Notes: generated by a model from the sequence alone, not told the origin. 64,000 bases of DNA from Callorhinchus milii (GCF_018977255.1 NW_024704742.1:133860001-133924000), one strand, 5' to 3'. Positions 12,531-24,477 are shown, counted from the stretch's first letter. Translations and numbers: made by a program.

Positions 12531-12789
12531 ATGATTCCATAAACTGAACTATGCATATAACCGGATGGAATTTAAGAGGAGAGTCAACAACTCGAGCTCT
12601 AAATTTTATTATAATTTTTTTTCACCCACAAATACTTAGTGAACTTTACAATATATTCCACAACATGCTTTAAGACATCTCAACGAGGTGATAAGGTATT
12701 ATATCAAATACAAACAATACAAAATTATAGTGCCTTTTTCTCGTCGGGAGAATATCCCAAGGCGCTGGACAGTCAGGGAGATGCAAGGA

Positions 12790-13026
12790 TCATTCCTTTC
12801 TTTACTCAAATAGCTCCACAGGATCTTTAACATCCACCTGAACAAGCAGACGGGACTTTGGTTTAACGTCTCATCTAATGGACGACTTCTCAATAAAGCA
12901 ACGCTCCTCCTACCATTGCAATGGAGTATCAGCCTAGATTGTGATCTCAAAGTCCTGCCATGTGACTTGAACCCATAACCTTCTGACTGAGAGGCAAGTG
13001 TGCTACCAACTGAGCCAGGCTGACAC
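12790..13026 (-). mobile_element. Deu-SINE 5' half
   Basis: ggatctttaacatccacctgaaca...ggtttaacgtctcatc...tgctaccaactgagccaggctgaca. Confidence 0.85.
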
Positions 13027-13043
13027 TTAATAATAAATACTAG

Positions 13044-13468
13044 TAATAATAATAACTCTTGCATTTGATATAATAACAAAATTGCATTTGTATAGCGCCT
13101 CTTACGTCGGGAGGAAGTCCCAAGGTGCTGAAATAGCGGCTTACCACATCGTTGAGACGTCTCAAAGAGCTTTATAGAATATATTGTAAAGTGGATTGGC
13201 TGTGCATTTTGAAGGCGAAAAGTGCCAGGCAATTGCGTACAGCGGTGTCCCATAAACAGTCATGGATTGAGTGCCATTTTTTTTTAAGGATTATTATCCC
13301 CGGAAAGCGATGCGCCAATCGATTAATATCCGGATTCCTACTTGCAGCTTGCTGAACAGAGGTACGTGGAGTAAGGAAACTTGCCTAAGGTTTCGCCCTA
13401 CCCAGGAATTGAACCTGGGTGCTCTCACTTGCGAGGAGAGTGCTCTAATCACTCAGCTATGGGACTCC
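13044..13468 (-). mobile_element. SINE family A, long form, with a nested L2 tail (13072-13132)
   Basis: Head to tail present; the tail is interrupted by ~60 nt of L2 3' end. Confidence 0.85.
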
Positions 13469-13889
13469 CACTTCTAATGGGAGAGAAACCAGTGCCAATG
13501 GAACCACAACCCAGTGAGAGGAGCTTAGAGCAGGAGCAGAGAGGAGAGCCAGCGGGGGGAGTATTAGAAAAAAAACTGGAATGCGCGGAATTAAAAAGAA
13601 CAGAACTGGTCGTGACAGCTGTGAGGTTTACAATTATTTGCAGTGCTGTTTTATCCGGGAACAGCTTGCGTGACTCGTGTTTGATTTAAAGCGTAGTTCT
13701 TAGAAGGCTCGTACTTTTTTTAAAAAAAAGCTGTAAAAGCACCAGATTTATGTCGCTGATATAAAGTGGCTCGTTTCAATAAAACAAATGAGGTCCCTCA
13801 CTGCGTTGAGCTTCAAACAGGCTGATTTATCCTTTGGAGGCGCATTTCCATTAATTTAGAAATGCGGCTTTGAAACATTTGTGGTCGGT

Positions 13890-14255
13890 CAGCGTATAAA
13901 ATTATGAGGGGTTTCGACAAGGTAAACAGGGAGAAGCTAGTCCCATTCCGAGCAGAAGCAGTGACTGCAGGATACAGATGTGAGATAGACATAAGAAAGG
14001 GGACGGGAGACCTTAGGAGAATTGTTTTCACACTCAAAAAGTTGTTGGAACGTGGGGTGGTAGAGGCAGAATCCATTATGGGCTTCACAAAGGAAGTTGA
14101 CAGTGAGTGCTGATGGACAGGGTTTGTCCACACATAAGGGTCTTGAAGGGGAATAAGGAAAAGTCAGTGCAGTGGGTTTCAATGGACACCTTGGGCTGAG
14201 AGCTGGTACAGACTCAATGGGCCAAATGGCTCCTTCTGCGCTGTAAGTTTCTATA
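13890..14255 (+). mobile_element. CR1 3' fragment
   Basis: YKIMRGFDKVNREKL...; tail atgggccaaatggctccttctgcgctgtaagtttctat. Confidence 0.85.
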
Positions 14256-14527
14256 AACCCTGTGGTTGCAGGACAGAAACAAGGCGAAATGTCAGTCCCA
14301 CATCGGATACTCAAACTATTAATCCTTGCATTCAATCCATTGGGTGAATATCTCATTGTGTTTCCCAGGATTTTACTTTGAAGTGTAGTGACTGTGTATT
14401 TCTGTAGGATGAAAATGAATGATAGGGGCACTGGAAATTTTACAACTGATTCAGCGCTTTATCTGTCTTTCAATCCCACCAAAAGATCTACCTCTTCGAC
14501 CGAACCTATGGTCACCTCCACCGCTGT

Positions 14528-14846
14528 GGAGTCCTGTGGCTCAGTAGTTAGAGCACTCACTTTGCAAGCGAGAGACCTGAGTTCAATTCCAGGCAGAGGG
14601 CGAAACCTTGGGCAAGTTTTCTTACTCCACACAGAGCCTAATAATAATCCCTCCAAAACCAAAAACAATAATAAATTGGTCATCTTCAATCTACGACTGT
14701 TTGTGGGACATTGCTGTGCGCAATTGGCTGCCGCGTTCGTCCACAAATATACAGTCAATTCACTTTACAGTGTGTTCCGTGAAGCGCTTTGGGATGTCCT
14801 CCTGACGTGAAAAGCGCTATATCAAATGCAAAGATTATTATTATTA
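14528..14846 (+). mobile_element. SINE family A, short form, young; inserted into an L2 3' UTR remnant (14455-14940)
   Basis: Full head-to-tail match to the other young copies. Confidence 0.95.
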
Positions 14847-15861
14847 CCTCCTCTTTCTCCCTTGTTCATTGGTCAACCCTGGCACTGTACGCAGCATTCT
14901 GAGACTCTGTTCTGTGTGAAGGGAGCTGTATTAAGTGCCATAAATTTATTGTAGTGGCTGATTCAATTCCTTTCCTTGTCGAGAACCAACAGCAGCAACA
15001 GTAACAGCAACAACAATAAAATTGCATTTGTATAACACCTTTCACGTCGGGAGGATTAACACAATTCTTGCCTTTAATTCATCTCAGGAGCAAATAACAT
15101 TATAGTAATAATCCTTGCATTCAACACAGTGCCTACAAAGTCAAAATGTCAAAGCGCTCCACAGGCAATTACTGTAAAGCGTAGTGACTGTTTATTCATA
15201 AACAGACTCAGCATCCAGTTTGCATACAGCAATGTCCCACAAACAGCCATAAAGTGAGAGACCGATTTCATCTGGGGGATTGTTGATCAGGAGACATTTT
15301 GCATGTGCAGATAGATACTCTGAGGGCTTTTCCTAAATGGAGGCCGAATGGACTTTTATTGATTTCCCAATGCTTCATGTATTTTCTTTCCTCCCACACA
15401 CACACACACAAAAACAACCGAAGACCGACTACATCTCCGTATCCCACACATGACCACAAAGATTTGACCTTGCGTTGTTTTTTTTGACGTAAGTTAATTT
15501 TACTCATAACAAGGAGGAGGTCAGGAATGAAGGAACATCATAACTAAACAAAATTCTTGAGTTTTTATTAACCCCTAGTTTGCCTGCGAGTTCTGAAGAG
15601 ACCTCTGTTTTCTGCAGACGGGTGTGTGTGTGTATGTATGTTGTAGCTCGCTCCACACAAGGGGTAATCACCCTTTCAAAAAATAATAATTTGATCACTC
15701 AATCCCTGACTGTTTGTGCGACACTACTGTGTGCAATTGATTGCTGTGTGTCACCCACAAAACATACAATCAATTCACTTTACAATATATTCTATGAAGC
15801 ATCTTGAAGATATAGTAAGGCACTATATCAAGTGCAAGGATTATTATTATCTGACTACATA

Positions 15862-16160
15862 TAAAGACCAAGTAACTAGTAACCAGTAAGCAGTAACTCC
15901 AACCTCTCCTCCACTCCTCAGTCACAAGAACAAGTAAGCTGTAACAAGTAAACCCACCTCTCCCCTATCCAGTTACAAGACACCAACAACTTGCATTTAT
16001 TTAGTTGTAGGGTAGCGTTCCCAGAGCAATTGACCAAGTAACTAGTAACTAATAGCCAGTAACACCCACCTCTCCTCCACACCCCAATCACAAGACTTAG
16101 TAGCTAATAATTCCCACTTCTCTCTCATCTCACAGTCACAAGACCAAGTAACAAGTTGCC
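15862..16160. repeat. Degenerate ~50-60-bp tandem repeat
   Basis: Unit caagaccaagtaac...cccacctctcctc...cagtcacaagac recurs 4-5 times. Confidence 0.7.
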
Positions 16161-16731
16161 TCCCTCCCAACCCTTCACTCACTTCATTGGCTGGGTGCTA
16201 AGTTAACTGTCTTGATCATCTACAGTGTTTCTCACCCCCCAGCAACATAGCGTCAGCCTGGACTGTGAGCTCAAAGTCCCAATATTGGGCTTGAACCCAC
16301 AACCTTCTCACTCAGAAGCGAAAGTGCTATTGACTGAGCCAGACTGACACCAGGAGGAACGAAAGCACTGAAGAGTGGCAGAGCCAGGGAATGTTGCGGA
16401 GGATTCAGTAAGGAGTTGCAGAATGTTGCCAGGAATTAGCTCATGTGTTGAGTCTGCATTTGTATCAGTCATCGATACGTTTATGCTGATTGCAGCGAAA
16501 TGAATAGCAGTCCGTTTCAGTAAAGGGGATCAGTGTTGTCGGGTAACACTGACTCATCCTGTTAACAAACTGTGTTGAACTGTGCAATTAGATGTACACA
16601 CAAGGGAGAAGGGAATAGGATGCTAAAGCGGAGAGTAAGGAGTGAGTGGAAACTCATATGGAGTATAAACACTGGCAAGACGGGTTGGCCCAAATAGGCT
16701 GTTTCTGTGCTGTATAATTTATGTAAATCTG

Positions 16732-17064
16732 GGAGTCCTGCAGTTCACTCACTTCGCAAGCAAAAGGACCCTGTTTCGAGTCCCGGGCAGGGCGAAACCT
16801 TGGGCAAGTTTCCTTACTCCACACGCCTCTGTTTACCTAGCAGTAAGTAGGAACCCAGGTGTTAGTTGATTGGCGGATCGCTTTCCTGGGGTAATAACCC
16901 CTTTTTAAAAAAATTGGTCACTCAATCCAAGACTGTTTTCTGTGTGCAATTGTCTGCTGTGTTTCACCCACAACAAAGTTGATTCACTTTACAGCCCTGT
17001 GAAGAGCTTTTGAGACATCTCAATGACGTGATAAGGCGCTATATCAAATGCAAGGATTATTATT
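16732..17064 (+). mobile_element. SINE family A, long form
   Basis: Head, ccttgggcaagtt...gcctctgtttacctagcagtaagtaggaac block, tail. Confidence 0.9.
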
Positions 17065-18123
17065 GCATTGTCTGTCTTCATAAACTATTTCCAAGAATGG
17101 ATTCTGGAGAAGGGGAAATGTGGTGAACTTCCAGTACAAGTTTAAACTGTTTTACAAGAAGTTTTGCAGTGGAGCCACAATTATCCTCACTGAATTGGAA
17201 TAGCCCCACATGGATAAGCAAACAGTGCAGATATTTGGACATCAGGGAATATAAAAATAGAGCTAACTGGAATATTCCTGTTAGGAGTTACATTCTTAGT
17301 ATTATTGCATTGCCACCCCCCCAACCTCGCTTTACTGTCCACCCCACTTGATTCCAACCTCCAGCTCGGGTGCAAACCTTAACTGTCCAGCGCCTTGTGA
17401 CATCCCTCCGACGTGAAAGGCATTGTATAAATATGATCCACCACTGTTTGTGGGACATTGCTGTGCGCAATTGACTGCTGCATTTCCCCCATGAAGCACA
17501 CAGTCACTACATTATATTATATCCTGTAAAGCGCTTTGAGATGTTTCAAAGAAATAATAAGGCACTATATCAAACGCAAGGATTATTATTAAGATTATTA
17601 TAATTTTGTTGTATTATACCACAATTGTACTGCACCATCCCTTCACTCTTACTTTTTTTTAAAAACTTATTTTTCTTTCTTTCTCTCCGAGGTTCTCTCT
17701 TTCTCTCTCTCGCTCTCATTTTCTGCCTTTCTGTCTATCTTTTTTTTCTTAGAGGTTTGAAGGGGTGTGGGGACGGAGGGATGGCAGTGGGACTGAATGA
17801 TAACTTGCTCCCAGAGGCAGTACAGGTTAGATGGGCCGAATGGCCTCCTTCTGAGCTGTAAATGCTTCTGATTCTCTATGTCTTTGCTTCTGAATTTCTC
17901 TGTATCTGTGTCTCTAAACCCTGCCTGTAACAGATCGAGAACAATGCTCCATATTATCAGGTCACAGTCATACCGTGCGGCTAAACATGAGTCCTTTATC
18001 TGGTGAACATGCAATCCATTAGATTTTGTTTAGATGATACAGTCACTTCCGATTCACGTCACTGCCCATTGCAGAGATTCAACAGTCTATGTGTGTCCAT
18101 TCTACCTTACATGAGCTTATTAT

Positions 18124-18433
18124 TAATAATACTAATCTTTGCATTTGATAAAGCGCCCTATCATGTCGTTGAGTTGCGCTTCACACAATATTTTGTAATG
18201 TGAAGTGACTGTCCACTTTGTGGGCGAAACGCAGCGATTGCGCACAGCAGCGTCCCATAAAGAATCGTGGATTAAGTGACCACATTTTTTTTTGAGGGAT
18301 TATTACCCCTGGAAAGCGATCCACCAATCAACTAACATTCCTACTTACTGCTCGGTAAACAGAGGCGTATGGAGTAACGTAACGGGGAATCGAACCCGGG
18401 TCGTTTGCTAAAACCACAATGCTACGGGATTCC
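18124..18433 (-). mobile_element. SINE family A, long form, internally deleted
   Basis: Tail, long-form block and B-box present. Confidence 0.85.
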
Positions 18434-18604
18434 ATAATCCAGTTACATTACACTGGATTCAGCTGTTACGGGTCAGTGAACACTATAAAAAATTATTATG
18501 GTTTGGGTTACAAACCAAACAGTGGGGGGGCAACTCATGTGGATTGCTACAAGTAGTGATCTTTTCTCCACAGCCTTATAATGGGAATCCCCATTATGCT
18601 GACT

Positions 18605-18855
18605 GGTAGAGAAAAGAATGAGTGAAAAAGTGGGTAAAAGGGTGGGAGGAAAAGCAAGGACGAATGAGAGGGAGAGCGAAAGAGAAAGGGGGATGGATAG
18701 GGCAGTATGAGAGCGAGAGAGACAGAGAGAAAAAGGATGCAGAGTGAGAGAAAGAGACCCAGAGAGAGAGCGCAAGAGAGAGACGGGGAGAAAGTGAAAG
18801 AGAGAGAGAGAGAGTGGGGGAGAAAGAGAACAAGAGAGAGCAAGAAGTAGAGGTG
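18605..18855. repeat. GA-rich purine tract / degenerate (GA)n
   Basis: Base composition. Confidence 0.9.
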
Positions 18856-19153
18856 GGGATCAACCTCCAGCACATTCGATGTGATAAATTCTGGATGAAC
18901 CGCAAAATTGAACTCTGCACAAATACTGTATAAATTGTTGCTTTAATGACCGCAGTGCTACAAATTACTTCATAAACTTCAGCAGTCTCAGTACAATAAT
19001 CCTTAATAGTAATCCTTGCATTTGATATAGTGCCTTTCACGTCAGGAGGAGCACTTTGCATTATTTCATCGTAAAGTGTAGCAAATGTATTAATAATAAT
19101 CCTTGCATTATGACGTTGTTTAGACCTCTCAAAGTGCTTTACAGGATATAGTA

Positions 19154-19424
19154 AATAATCCTTGCATTTGACATAGCACTTTTCACGTCTTCTAGACATC
19201 TCAAAGCGCTTCACAGATTATACTGAATTGACTATACTGTAAAGTATATTGCGCAAAGCATTGTCCATAAACAATCATGGATTGAAGTGACCAATCATTT
19301 TTTTTCTTGAGGAAATAATTATCAGGCGTGTGGAATAAGGAAACTTGCTCAAGGTTTTGCCCTGATGGGAATCAAACCCAGGTCTCTCGCTTGCGAGGCG
19401 AGTGCTCTAAACATTGAGCTATAG
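19154..19424 (-). mobile_element. SINE family A, short form, older; 5' tip displaced to 19751-19760
   Basis: Reverse-complement match; its first bases (gggagtccta) lie beyond the inserted + copy. Confidence 0.85.
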
Positions 19425-19428
19425 CTTT

Positions 19429-19750
19429 GGAGTCCTGTAGCTCAGTGGTTAGAGCACTCACTTTGCAAGCGAGAGACCTGAGTTCAATTCCAGGCAGAGG
19501 GCGAAACCTTGGGGAAGTTTCCTTACTCCACACAGAGCCTAATAATAATCCCTCCAAAACCAAAACCAATAATAAATTGGTCATTTTCAATCTACGACTG
19601 TTTGTGGGACATTGCTGTGCGCAATTGGCTGCCGAGTTCTCCCACAAATATACAGTCAATTCACTTTACAGTATATTCTGTGAAGCGCTTTGGGACGTCC
19701 TCCCGACGTGAAAAGCGCTATATCAAATGCAAGGATTATTATTATTATTA
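19429..19750 (+). mobile_element. SINE family A, short form, young full-length copy
   Basis: Intact A/B boxes, near-identical to sibling copies, (att)n tail. Confidence 0.95.
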
Positions 19751-21689
19751 TAGGACTCCCTGATATATATCGTAAAGTGTAGTGATTGTGTATTTTTCTG
19801 CTTGCGAACCAGATTCAGTTTGCTGGGTGTTTTTTCTCAAGCTTCAACCACGTTAAAAGGCAGACAGGAATCCTTGAAGGCTTCATTATGAATTACGTCC
19901 ATTCATATCTCAGCCTTTTTTCTTTCTCCCATTCACAAAATTTCATAAGCTCCTTCCACGTGGAAGGCATCCGAGCCAAGATATAACAAAATGTCCAAAT
20001 TGGAAATAATAATCTCACTCGCCGTCTGCTAAAAGTGGTGTAAATCCCCGCACAGTTGTCTGCTTCGTTTTTATGGAGTAATTTGTAGCATTGCAGACTC
20101 CTGGCCAATGATTTATCCTCAGGGTCCTGCCATTTGCACAGTAAACCAGAGCAGCGTGAGGTCAACTAGGGTCGGCCTCAGCCTTTCCATCAATGCTTTT
20201 GCTGTTGAGGTTGTGAATAAGGGAGTGAAGCTCAGGATTATCATACACACAGCACCGACCATTGTATCTGGTGCTTAACATTCCACAGCCCACGTCTTGA
20301 CCTGCACAGGGTTCCGTGAGCCCATCGCCCCAATTTGCTTTCAATTATAATAATAATCCTTGCATTTGGTATGACATCTTTCTTGTCTCAAAGCGCTTCA
20401 CAGGATTTAAGGTAAAGTGGAGTGAAAGTGTGTATTTTTTGTAGACCAAGGCAGGAGTCAATTTGCGCACAGCAATGGACAATATATTCTGTGATGCGCC
20501 TTGAGATGTCTCAATGACTTGATAAGGCACTATATCGAATGCAAGAATTATTATTATAATTATAGAGTTGGGTGTCATCCAGATACAGATAGAAATGGAG
20601 CCCTTGTCTGAGGACGATGGTCACTAAGGGGGAACATGATGATGAGGAAAAGGGGAGACCGAGGATAGAGTCCTGAGGAACCGTAAAACTGAAAGCACAA
20701 CTAAAGAGAAAGGTCTTTAGATGGATTTCGAATGATGGGGTTGGGGGGCAGAGCACTAAATCCCTATGTTCATGTTCAAGTGGATGTTAATTGGCGTTAT
20801 TCAAAAAGAGAAGGTAGTTTTTCCTGGTGTCCTGGCCAACAATCCTCCCAGATAAGTTAATCATCCATAAACATTTCGCCCACAAAATATAGTCAATTCA
20901 TTTAACAGTATATTTTGTGAAGCGCTTTGAGACGTCTCGAAGACGTGATAAGGCGCTATATCAAAAGCAAGGATTATTATTCCAATAGCTGTTTGTAAAT
21001 TGGGTACTGTGTTTACCTACAAAATACACAGTGACCGCACTTTACAGAAATGACCTGTGACTTGTTTCATTGGTGCTATGGGGGCTGTATTGAAAGGCTC
21101 GTACACTTAGATGTCTTCTCCAAACCTTAACCAATTCCCTGTTCAATTTGGAACTCGTTCCCTTCTACTTAGCCACAACCCGTTACAGCTCATTGACACA
21201 AATCTGTCTCCTATTTCCGAGCGCCTGTTTTATATAAGGTTTTTAATCTTTTTTGAATGAATAAACATGGCCTGATAGTACCTCGCACTGCTTACACTGC
21301 CTGGAATGTCTCCAGAGCATGGCTGGGTGAGAGATACATGTTTCACATATCACTGATTTTCTTTCCTCCTCTACTCCCCTCCTTACTCTTTCGCTATCTG
21401 CTTACCCCTGCCCCCCACGCACCCACACACACCTGTTGAAGAGATTTCCCAAGTTGTGAGGGGCTGGTTCGTTTGGTATCAGCATTTCTCACAAAGTCAA
21501 GCCCTTCGTTCACATTCCTCATCCGTGAACACTGAAAGTCCATTCCAGGTCTTGTTGAGAGCTTCAGACCGGTCTGATCAATTTAAGCCCCGAAATTACA
21601 TCTCGTCTCGCTCCGAATTTTGGAAAATTCTTCAATTCAGTCTTAACTCAGAGGAGGTTTTGACCGCAGTGTTTTTTTTTAAAAAAAAA

Positions 21690-21995
21690 GAGACGAAATC
21701 TTTCACCTCGGGAGGACGTCTCAAAGTGCTTCACAGGCTTTACTGTAAAAGTGCAGTGACTGATATTTTGATGGTGAACGTGACAACCAATTTGCGCACA
21801 TCAGTGTCCCACACACAGCTGTGAAGTAAATGTCTTGATTTTATCTGGGGGTTTGTTGGCCAGGGAGAGAGAGAAACTGGGAGAGAGAAAGTCCCTTCTC
21901 TTTTCAAATTGCGCCATAGGATCTTTAATGTGCACCTGAGTAGCCAGACAGGATTTCGGTTTAAACGTCTCATCTGAAGGACGGCACCTCCAAAA
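21690..21995 (-). mobile_element. Deu-SINE (core and tail)
   Basis: ggtttaaacgtctcatctgaaggacggcacctcc Deu core. Confidence 0.85.
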
Positions 21996-22425
21996 ATTGC
22001 AATGCATTTTCCTTCCTTCCCTCATAACTCTCTTCCTCTCTCTCCTTATGTAATCCCCCCCCTCCCCCTCACCAAACATTAATTTTAAAGGATGTAATCT
22101 TTCCTCTAATCACTAGTTTGCAGAGTGATCTGATTTTAAACACGGCTGTTGTAAATTAGAGCAAGCTCTTTGAGGCGAGGCCGATCACGGTCTCTGGTGC
22201 AAAGCACAATGTCTGAGTCACTCTAACAAGCGGCATTGTTGAAAAGGCTGCGTTTCCTTTTGAAAAGGTCCTTTCCATCTCCTGCTCGATCTCTCCCTTC
22301 TTCACCTTGTTGAAAGTCCGTCTAAGACCTACCTCTTTGACCAAGCCTTCAGTCACCTTTCTCCCACCTGCAGCTCGGGTCCCAAACATGGATTATTTAA
22401 GGGCCTTGGAAGTCTTGTTGTACAT

Positions 22426-22757
22426 TGGTTAGAGCACTCGCTTCGCCAGTGAGAGGACCCGGGTTCAATTCTCAGGCAGGGCGAAGCATTCGGCAAGTTT
22501 CCTTTCTTCACACGCCTCTGATTACCTAGCACTAAGAAGGAACCTGGTTGTTATTTGATGGGTAGATCGCTTTCTGGGGGTAATAATCTCTCTAAAAAAA
22601 ATCCAGTCATTCAATCCACGGCAGTTTGTGGGACCCTGCTGTGCCACATTTCGCCCAAAAAATCTACAGTCAATTCACTTTACAGTATAGTCTGTGAAGC
22701 ACTTTGAGACTATACGAAGTGTTAAGGCGTTGTATCAAATGCTAGGATTATTATTAT
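22426..22757 (+). mobile_element. SINE family A, long form
   Basis: Head, long block, tail. Confidence 0.9.
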
Positions 22758-23476
22758 CTCCCTACGTGAGAAGTGCTGAATAAATGTAAATCTGTGTTGG
22801 TAAATGAACGGGGATAAAGTTGGTCACAGGGGTGAGGTGGAGCGAGGAATTGAAAGACATCTCTTTGAAACCCTCAAGCTGTAACTCTGACCCCGTGAAA
22901 GCAAAAGCCAGACTTTCTTCAGATCAGTCATTAGGGCCAAGCATGTCCTGACAGTGGCTTTGTAGATAAGATTAAGGTATAATAATCTCAGCCCCAAAGC
23001 CTTGCTGAAGTGCTCACATGCCTTTGGCTTCACTTATAACCTTTTCTAGCCATTTCCAGCTTACACTTTTAATTCCTTTTACACTACAATGATAATAAAC
23101 CTTACACACGATACGGCGCCTTTCACGTCGAGAGGACATCTCAAAGCGTAGTGAAAGTGTGGTGACTGTGTGTTTTACACACAGCAATATCCCACAAGCA
23201 GCCATAAAGTGAGCGACTGATTTTAAATGGGGGATTGTTGGCCAAAATTGCCTCACCTTGTCACCATGTTCCATTTCTTGACCAAGAAGATGGTCAGGTT
23301 AGTGAGGTGGAAAGAGAAATTCTAAAATAAACCTTAACCTGACAATGAAATATCGCTGATGCAAACTGGCTGCTGTATTCGCCTAACATTACAGTCTTTA
23401 CACTTAACATGAAGTACTGTAAAACCTTTTGAGACACCATGGGAACTACATCAAATCCAAGTGATATTTTTTAACC

Positions 23477-23699
23477 CAGTGGTGGCCAAGCTTTATGGTT
23501 TTAATGATTTTAATGATTAAATATTTCTTCATTCATGTAATAAATCAAGAAACATTCAATCAAGGAAAAACTGAGGACAACACTATCAATTGAACACAGA
23601 TTTACCTGGACTAATGCGAATGTTCGGTGGGGGCGCGGGTGCTCTTTGATAGCCCCACAGGCCCCTTCTGGCCTGCGGGACATAAGTTGACCACCACTG
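23477..23699. mobile_element. Non-autonomous hAT (Charlie/Buster-type) DNA transposon, 223 bp
   Basis: TIRs cagtggtggccaag / gttgaccaccactg (12/14 match); 8-bp TSD ttttaacc / atttaacc with central TA; subterminal tggcctgcggg motif. Confidence 0.85.
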
Positions 23700-23849
23700 A
23701 TTTAACCTCTGATTAAATTGGGGGGCGGTGGGGGGATGATTAGAGGAGCAGGGTAGGAGAAGATCAGAGAGATAAGAAGGTTCTAGGGGGTGAAGAGGTT
23801 TGCAGTCACCATCTTATGAACAGGACGAGAAGCAGGCGTTCTAGCTACT

Positions 23850-24022
23850 TCTTCCCTTCTCCTCGCACCAGTGTAATAAGGCCAACTGTGGCATTGTCGC
23901 AGCCAGATGTGATCAGCATCTCATCATAGACACCTGCAAGGAATGCAACCCGGGACATTTTCCTGGTCTGGATCTGTTTCACTCTGGCTGGTGCTTTTAC
24001 CAACTCAGCCACCGGGGGAGCT
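23850..24022 (-). mobile_element. Ancient tRNA-headed SINE 5' portion, AmnSINE2-like
   Basis: Minus strand reads cccccggtggctgagttggtaaaagcac...cagaccaggaaaatgtcccgggtt...tgctgatc...acagttggcct, resembling the AmnSINE2 head as recalled. Confidence 0.55.
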
Positions 24023-24039
24023 GTTTCATTATTTTAATA

Positions 24040-24477
24040 CAATACAAACTTGTATTTATATACAGCACCTTTCACATCGGGAGGACATCCCAAAGCTCTT
24101 CAGAGTTCTGGCTTAGCGCCCAAGGTGGGGATGCGAGCCGAGGAGGAGTGGGGAGGGGAAAGATGACCGAAAGCGCGGTCAAAGAAGTGTCTCTTGAGAT
24201 GGATCCTGAACGAGGTGAGGGAGGGAGCAATTTGGAGGGACTCCAAGGTGGAATTCTGGAGAGTGAGGTTAGACGGGCTGAAAACTCTCCCATCGAAGAT
24301 GGGGAGGATAGGGCAGCGGACATGAAGCAAGCTTTGCCCACTGAGCGAAGGGTTTAGGTCGCAGAGGTAGAGTGAGGCAAGACTGCAGAGAGATTTAAAG
24401 GTGAGAGAACAGGGGGCCTTGAACTTAATCCGCTGGGGGCGGGGATGGGGAGAGGATGGGGTGATAGGCTCATGCAT
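24040..24477 (-). mobile_element. L2 3' fragment
   Basis: RIKFK...LTFKSL peptide, 3' UTR and tail. Confidence 0.85.

Noticed and set aside
18473..19214. ORFs of 100-206 aa rich in Leu/Ser/Phe
   Set aside because: Artefacts of the (GA)n/(TC)n tract and SINE tails.
19427..19763. Recurrent ORFs such as MESCSSVVRALTLQ... and MGKFPYSTQSLIII... (also near 7349, 14388, 45222) that look like a small gene family
   Set aside because: They are chance translations of near-identical SINE copies, with no protein motifs or gene structure.
23896..23909. Minus-strand ATCTGGCTGCGACA resembling the 5' part of 7SK RNA
   Set aside because: Only 14 nt, the flanks do not continue the match, and it lies within an old SINE remnant.
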